DNA of 62,787 nucleotides, the filler included. It is 4 parts of 4 records of this genome, joined end to end, with 100 filler letters (N's around TTAATTAATTAA, not from the genome) between each part and the next. Parts side by side here need not be neighbours in the genome. Positions count along the whole stretch, not along the records: positions 52,383 to 62,787 come from SRR22947725_1392; 3 more parts are not named here. One strand, 5' to 3'. Below, piece after piece: positions 59,745 through 62,787 of this stretch; within the stretch, counting starts at the first letter, position 1, and every line of letters starts with the position of its first letter. Under the pieces are notes generated by a model that saw only the letters and a program-made list of their open reading frames with translations, was not told where the DNA came from and did no database searches. Made by a program: the position numbers and the translations under genes.

Positions 59745-60443
59745 ATGCATATTTTATTTACAAGACCTCTAGAAGATTGTCATGAAATGATATTAAAATT
59801 TCAATCATTGGGTCATGAAATATCTCATTTACCTTTAATTAATATTGAAGGTTTAAAATACGAAGCACCAAACTATTCGGAGTTTAAAGCAATTATTTTT
59901 ACCAGTACTAATGCTGTTAAATTTTTGGATATTAAGAACATTGATAAAAAATTAAAATGCTTTTGTGTTGGAAGTGTTACTGAAAAAAAAGCTAGAAGTG
60001 TTGGTTTTCAAAATGTTTTTGCAGCTGAAGGAAATGTTAGTAATCTTAAGGAATTAATCTTACAAAATTTTAATACTTCTGATGGAAAGCTAATTTATAT
60101 AAGTGGAGAAATAATCTCTAGTGATTTGGACAAAGAGCTTATTTCGAGTGGGTATACGATAGAACGATTAATTAATTACAGAGCTAACCCAATTGAAAAA
60201 TACGATGAAAGCTTTATCGAAAAATTAAAATTAAAAATGCCTGAAATTACTTACATTTACTCCCAAAATAGTGCGATTAATTTTTTAAAAGTAATTAAAA
60301 ATTATCAGCTAGAAACCCTATGGATGAATACCAATTTAATGTGTATTGGAGAAAAAACCTCTTCAATTCTTAATGAAATAAAGTGGAAAAAAATTTTTCT
60401 TTTTAACCCTGGAGAAGAGGAATTTTTGCTATATAAAATTTAG
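59745..60443 (+). CDS. hemD: Uroporphyrinogen-III synthase
   Basis: ILFTRP; FTSTNAV; CVG..T; follows hemC. Confidence 0.88.
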   Translation: MHILFTRPLEDCHEMILKFQSLGHEISHLPLINIEGLKYEAPNYSEFKAIIFTSTNAVKFLDIKNIDKKLKCFCVGSVTEKKARSVGFQNVFAAEGNVSNLKELILQNFNTSDGKLIYISGEIISSDLDKELISSGYTIERLINYRANPIEKYDESFIEKLKLKMPEITYIYSQNSAINFLKVIKNYQLETLWMNTNLMCIGEKTSSILNEIKWKKIFLFNPGEEEFLLYKI

Positions 60444-60445
60444 CT

Positions 60446-61531
60446 ATGGACATTTTTAACAATTTTAGTGACTTATTTTTTTCAGTTTGGGCAAAGGGAA
60501 TTCACGGTATTGATATTTTTCAAATATTAATTGGAATTGGGATTTTTTTTATTTTTTTAATTTTTAGAGGAATTATCAGTAAAGTAATTATTAAAAGATT
60601 AGAAAGTATCTCTAAAAGAACAACCAATAAACTAGATGACACTTTTGTCCATGCAATGGTTGGGCCAGCAAGATTTCTTCCCATTGTTCTAGGTTTTTTT
60701 ATTGCAAGTTATTACATGTCTTTTGGAGAAGATGGCAAAGTAGCTATTGATACAATTAATAGAACTTTAATAACTATTTTTATTTTTTGGGTGATACATC
60801 AAATTGTTGAACCCATCTCTTATATTTTAAGTGGTTTAGATAAAATGTTAACTAGAGAGTTAATTGGCTGGATTATTAAATCATTAAAAATTTTGATTTT
60901 TATTCTAGGTTTGGCAGCTGTTCTTGAACTTTGGGGAATAAAAATTGGACCAATTATTGCTGGACTGGGTCTATTTGGTGTTGCAGTTGCTTTAGGTGCG
61001 CAAGACTTATTTAAAAATTTAATATCAGGAATTTTAGTCTTAGTTGAAAAAAGATTTAAAATTGGGGATTGGATTTTAGTTGAAGGAACAATTGAAGGTA
61101 TTGTTGAAAAAATTGGATTTAGATCAACAGTGATTAGAAAATTTGATAAATCTTTAGCAATAATTCCAAACTTTCAATTTGCTGAAAACTCAGTAGTTAA
61201 TATTAGTGAAACAACCAATTGGAGAATAAGATGGTCCATAACTCTTCAATACGATACCACTGTTGCACAGTTAAAAAAAGTAAGAGAAGAAATAGAAAAC
61301 TATATTAATAAAAGCGAGGACTTCAGCCAAAGTGTTGGTATTGCGGTAAGAATTGAAAAGTTTTCTGATAGCTCAATAGATTTATTAGTTAGATGTTTTA
61401 CGGCCAGCAACAGTTGGAGCGACTCTCTTTTAGTTAAAGAAAGATTAGCGATTGCAATTAAAGAAATAGTAGAAGGAAACAAAGCTTCATTTGCATTCCC
61501 AAGTCAGTCAATTTATATCGAAAAAAAATGA
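60446..61531 (+). CDS. Small-conductance mechanosensitive channel family protein
   Basis: AGLGLFGVAVALGAQD; FKIGDWI; VEKIGFRST; IPN; FAFPSQS. Confidence 0.92.
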   Translation: MDIFNNFSDLFFSVWAKGIHGIDIFQILIGIGIFFIFLIFRGIISKVIIKRLESISKRTTNKLDDTFVHAMVGPARFLPIVLGFFIASYYMSFGEDGKVAIDTINRTLITIFIFWVIHQIVEPISYILSGLDKMLTRELIGWIIKSLKILIFILGLAAVLELWGIKIGPIIAGLGLFGVAVALGAQDLFKNLISGILVLVEKRFKIGDWILVEGTIEGIVEKIGFRSTVIRKFDKSLAIIPNFQFAENSVVNISETTNWRIRWSITLQYDTTVAQLKKVREEIENYINKSEDFSQSVGIAVRIEKFSDSSIDLLVRCFTASNSWSDSLLVKERLAIAIKEIVEGNKASFAFPSQSIYIEKK

Positions 61532-61818
61532 TAGCAATTTTTTATTTGGTTCTTCAAATATTAAAGCTCTATTCTTATGTGGTAATTGCAAATGTAGTTA
61601 TCAGCTGGCTTGTTGCATTTAATGTTTTAAATACTCAAAATAGATTTGTTTATTCTATTTTAGAGGTGACTTATCGATTAACAAATCCTGCACTTAATAA
61701 AATAAGAAGTTTTTTACCTAATTTAGGATCAATAGATATTTCACCAGTAATATTACTTTTATTGATTTGGTTTATAGAAATGTGTATGAAGTTGTACATT
61801 GCGCCAATGATTTTTTAA
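61528..61818 (+). CDS. yggT: YggT family membrane protein
   Basis: ISWLVAFNVLN; LTNP.L..IRSFLP..GSIDISP. Confidence 0.9.
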   Translation: MIAIFYLVLQILKLYSYVVIANVVISWLVAFNVLNTQNRFVYSILEVTYRLTNPALNKIRSFLPNLGSIDISPVILLLLIWFIEMCMKLYIAPMIF

Positions 61819-61826
61819 GGGAATAC

Positions 61827-62672
61827 ATGATTTTAATAGATGGAAAAAAAATAGCAGCTGAACTTAGAGAAGAATTAAGACAAGAGGTCGTAGAGCTAAA
61901 AGCTAAACTCAATAAAATTCCTGGACTTACAGTTATTTTAATTGGAGAAATGGCCCCTAGTCAAATTTATGTTCGTATGAAAGAGAAAGCTGCGAATGAA
62001 GTAGGGTTAAAATCTGAAGTAATTAGATACCCTGAAGCTGTGGAAGAAAAAACAGTATTAGATAAAATTGAAGAATTAAATAAAGATGAAAGTATTTCAG
62101 GAATTTTAGTTCAACTACCTTTACCAAAACATATCGATAAGCAAAAAGTTATTGAAACTATTTTACCAGGAAAAGATGTTGATGGGTTTCACCCAATGAA
62201 TGTTGGAAATCTTTCTTCAGGCTATGAAAGCTCAGTTCCTTGTACTCCTTTAGGATGTTATTTAATGATTAAAACAATTGAACCAAATTTGAGTGGAAAA
62301 AAAGCTGTTATGATTGGTAGATCAAATTTAAACGGTAAACCAATGGCGCAGTTACTTTTAAAAGAAAATTGCACAGTAACAATTACTCATTCAAAGACTA
62401 AAGATTTAAAAGCAGAATGCTTGGAGGCAGATATTATAGTTGCTGCTGTTGGTATTCCAGAGCTTGTGAAAGCGGACTGGGTTAAAAAAGATGCAATTGT
62501 AATAGATGTTGGGATCAATAAAACTGAAAACAGTATTGTTGGTGACGTTGCATTCGAAGAAGTTTCAAAAGTTGCAAGAGCTTTAACACCTGTTCCAGGT
62601 GGAGTAGGGCCAATGACTATTGCCTGCTTGTTAAAAAATACTATTGAGTGTTTTAAAAGATCTCAAAAATAA
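61827..62672 (+). CDS. folD: Bifunctional methylenetetrahydrofolate dehydrogenase/cyclohydrolase
   Basis: IDGK; YVRMK; GILVQLPLP; KDVDGFHP; PCTP; DVGIN; TPVPGGVGPMT; start at MILIDG. Confidence 0.96.
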   Translation: MILIDGKKIAAELREELRQEVVELKAKLNKIPGLTVILIGEMAPSQIYVRMKEKAANEVGLKSEVIRYPEAVEEKTVLDKIEELNKDESISGILVQLPLPKHIDKQKVIETILPGKDVDGFHPMNVGNLSSGYESSVPCTPLGCYLMIKTIEPNLSGKKAVMIGRSNLNGKPMAQLLLKENCTVTITHSKTKDLKAECLEADIIVAAVGIPELVKADWVKKDAIVIDVGINKTENSIVGDVAFEEVSKVARALTPVPGGVGPMTIACLLKNTIECFKRSQK

Positions 62673-62686
62673 AAATATCAATATAG

Positions 62687-62787
62687 GTGGCAAAATTTAT
62701 AATTTTTATATTTATAATTATTGCATATAACTCATCACTAATTGCTATGGAAAAAAAACCTTATCATCATTTACCAGATGGAACTTT
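62687..62787 (+). CDS. Exported protein, 5' fragment (possibly an MBL-fold hydrolase)
   Basis: GTG start; MAKFIIFIFIIIAYNSSLIAMEKKPYHHLPDGT runs off the window edge; product guess is weak. Confidence 0.45.
   Translation, partial: MAKFIIFIFIIIAYNSSLIAMEKKPYHHLPDGT

Noticed and set aside
3249-61482. Short antisense or alternate-frame ORFs (e.g. 3249..3479, 16549..16827, 24681..24974, 37455..37706, 50591..50869, 58016..58270)
   Set aside because: They are shadows of well-supported genes and have no motifs of their own
1-62787. tRNA, rRNA, CRISPR array or transposase
   Set aside because: None recognised on reading; a tRNAscan or Rfam run would be needed to exclude small RNAs

Overview
This window is not one continuous locus. 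It is four unrelated, very AT-rich contigs joined by artificial 100-nt N spacers that carry a TTAATTAATTAA linker (25655-25754, 33875-33974, 52283-52382). Taxonomic labels below are inferred from gene content and order, not from database searches. (1) 1-25654 is a minus-strand Wzx/Wzy surface-polysaccharide cluster, probably from a marine Flavobacteriia-like organism. It has three NDP-sugar dehydrogenases, gmd plus an rmd-like gene, five GT4 glycosyltransferases, and a KdsB-like/HpcH aldolase/HAD/methyltransferase/cyclase/SDR/2-hydroxyacid dehydrogenase cassette that looks like a route to an unidentified CMP-activated ulosonic acid. (2) 25755-33874 is a streamlined gammaproteobacterial (SAR86-like) core region: tkt fragment, metK, ahcY, lptM-like, lysA, dapF, DUF484, xerC, HAD, ubiK-like, cytochrome c, dsbA fragment. 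(3) 33975-52282 is Flavobacteriia-like: SusD end, ASPIC/FG-GAP protein, PafA, FAD oxidoreductase, GNAT, queD, lpxH, hflX, a SUF operon and a thiL fragment. (4) 52383-62787 is Pelagibacter (SAR11)-like: acs, EVE, tsaD, hemCD, mscS, yggT, folD. Between tsaD and EVE lies a ~4.2 kb islet, the best candidate for an undescribed system. It encodes a ferritin-like diiron protein, a divergent NodU/CmcH carbamoyltransferase, a 53-aa DUF5989/SxtK-like membrane peptide absent from the ORF track, an exported SGNH-like protein, and an exported MORN protein ending in a Ser/Gly tail with a C-terminal Cys. An orphan EVE-like N-terminus (MQYWLMK) is left coupled to tsaD and appears to mark the insertion point.
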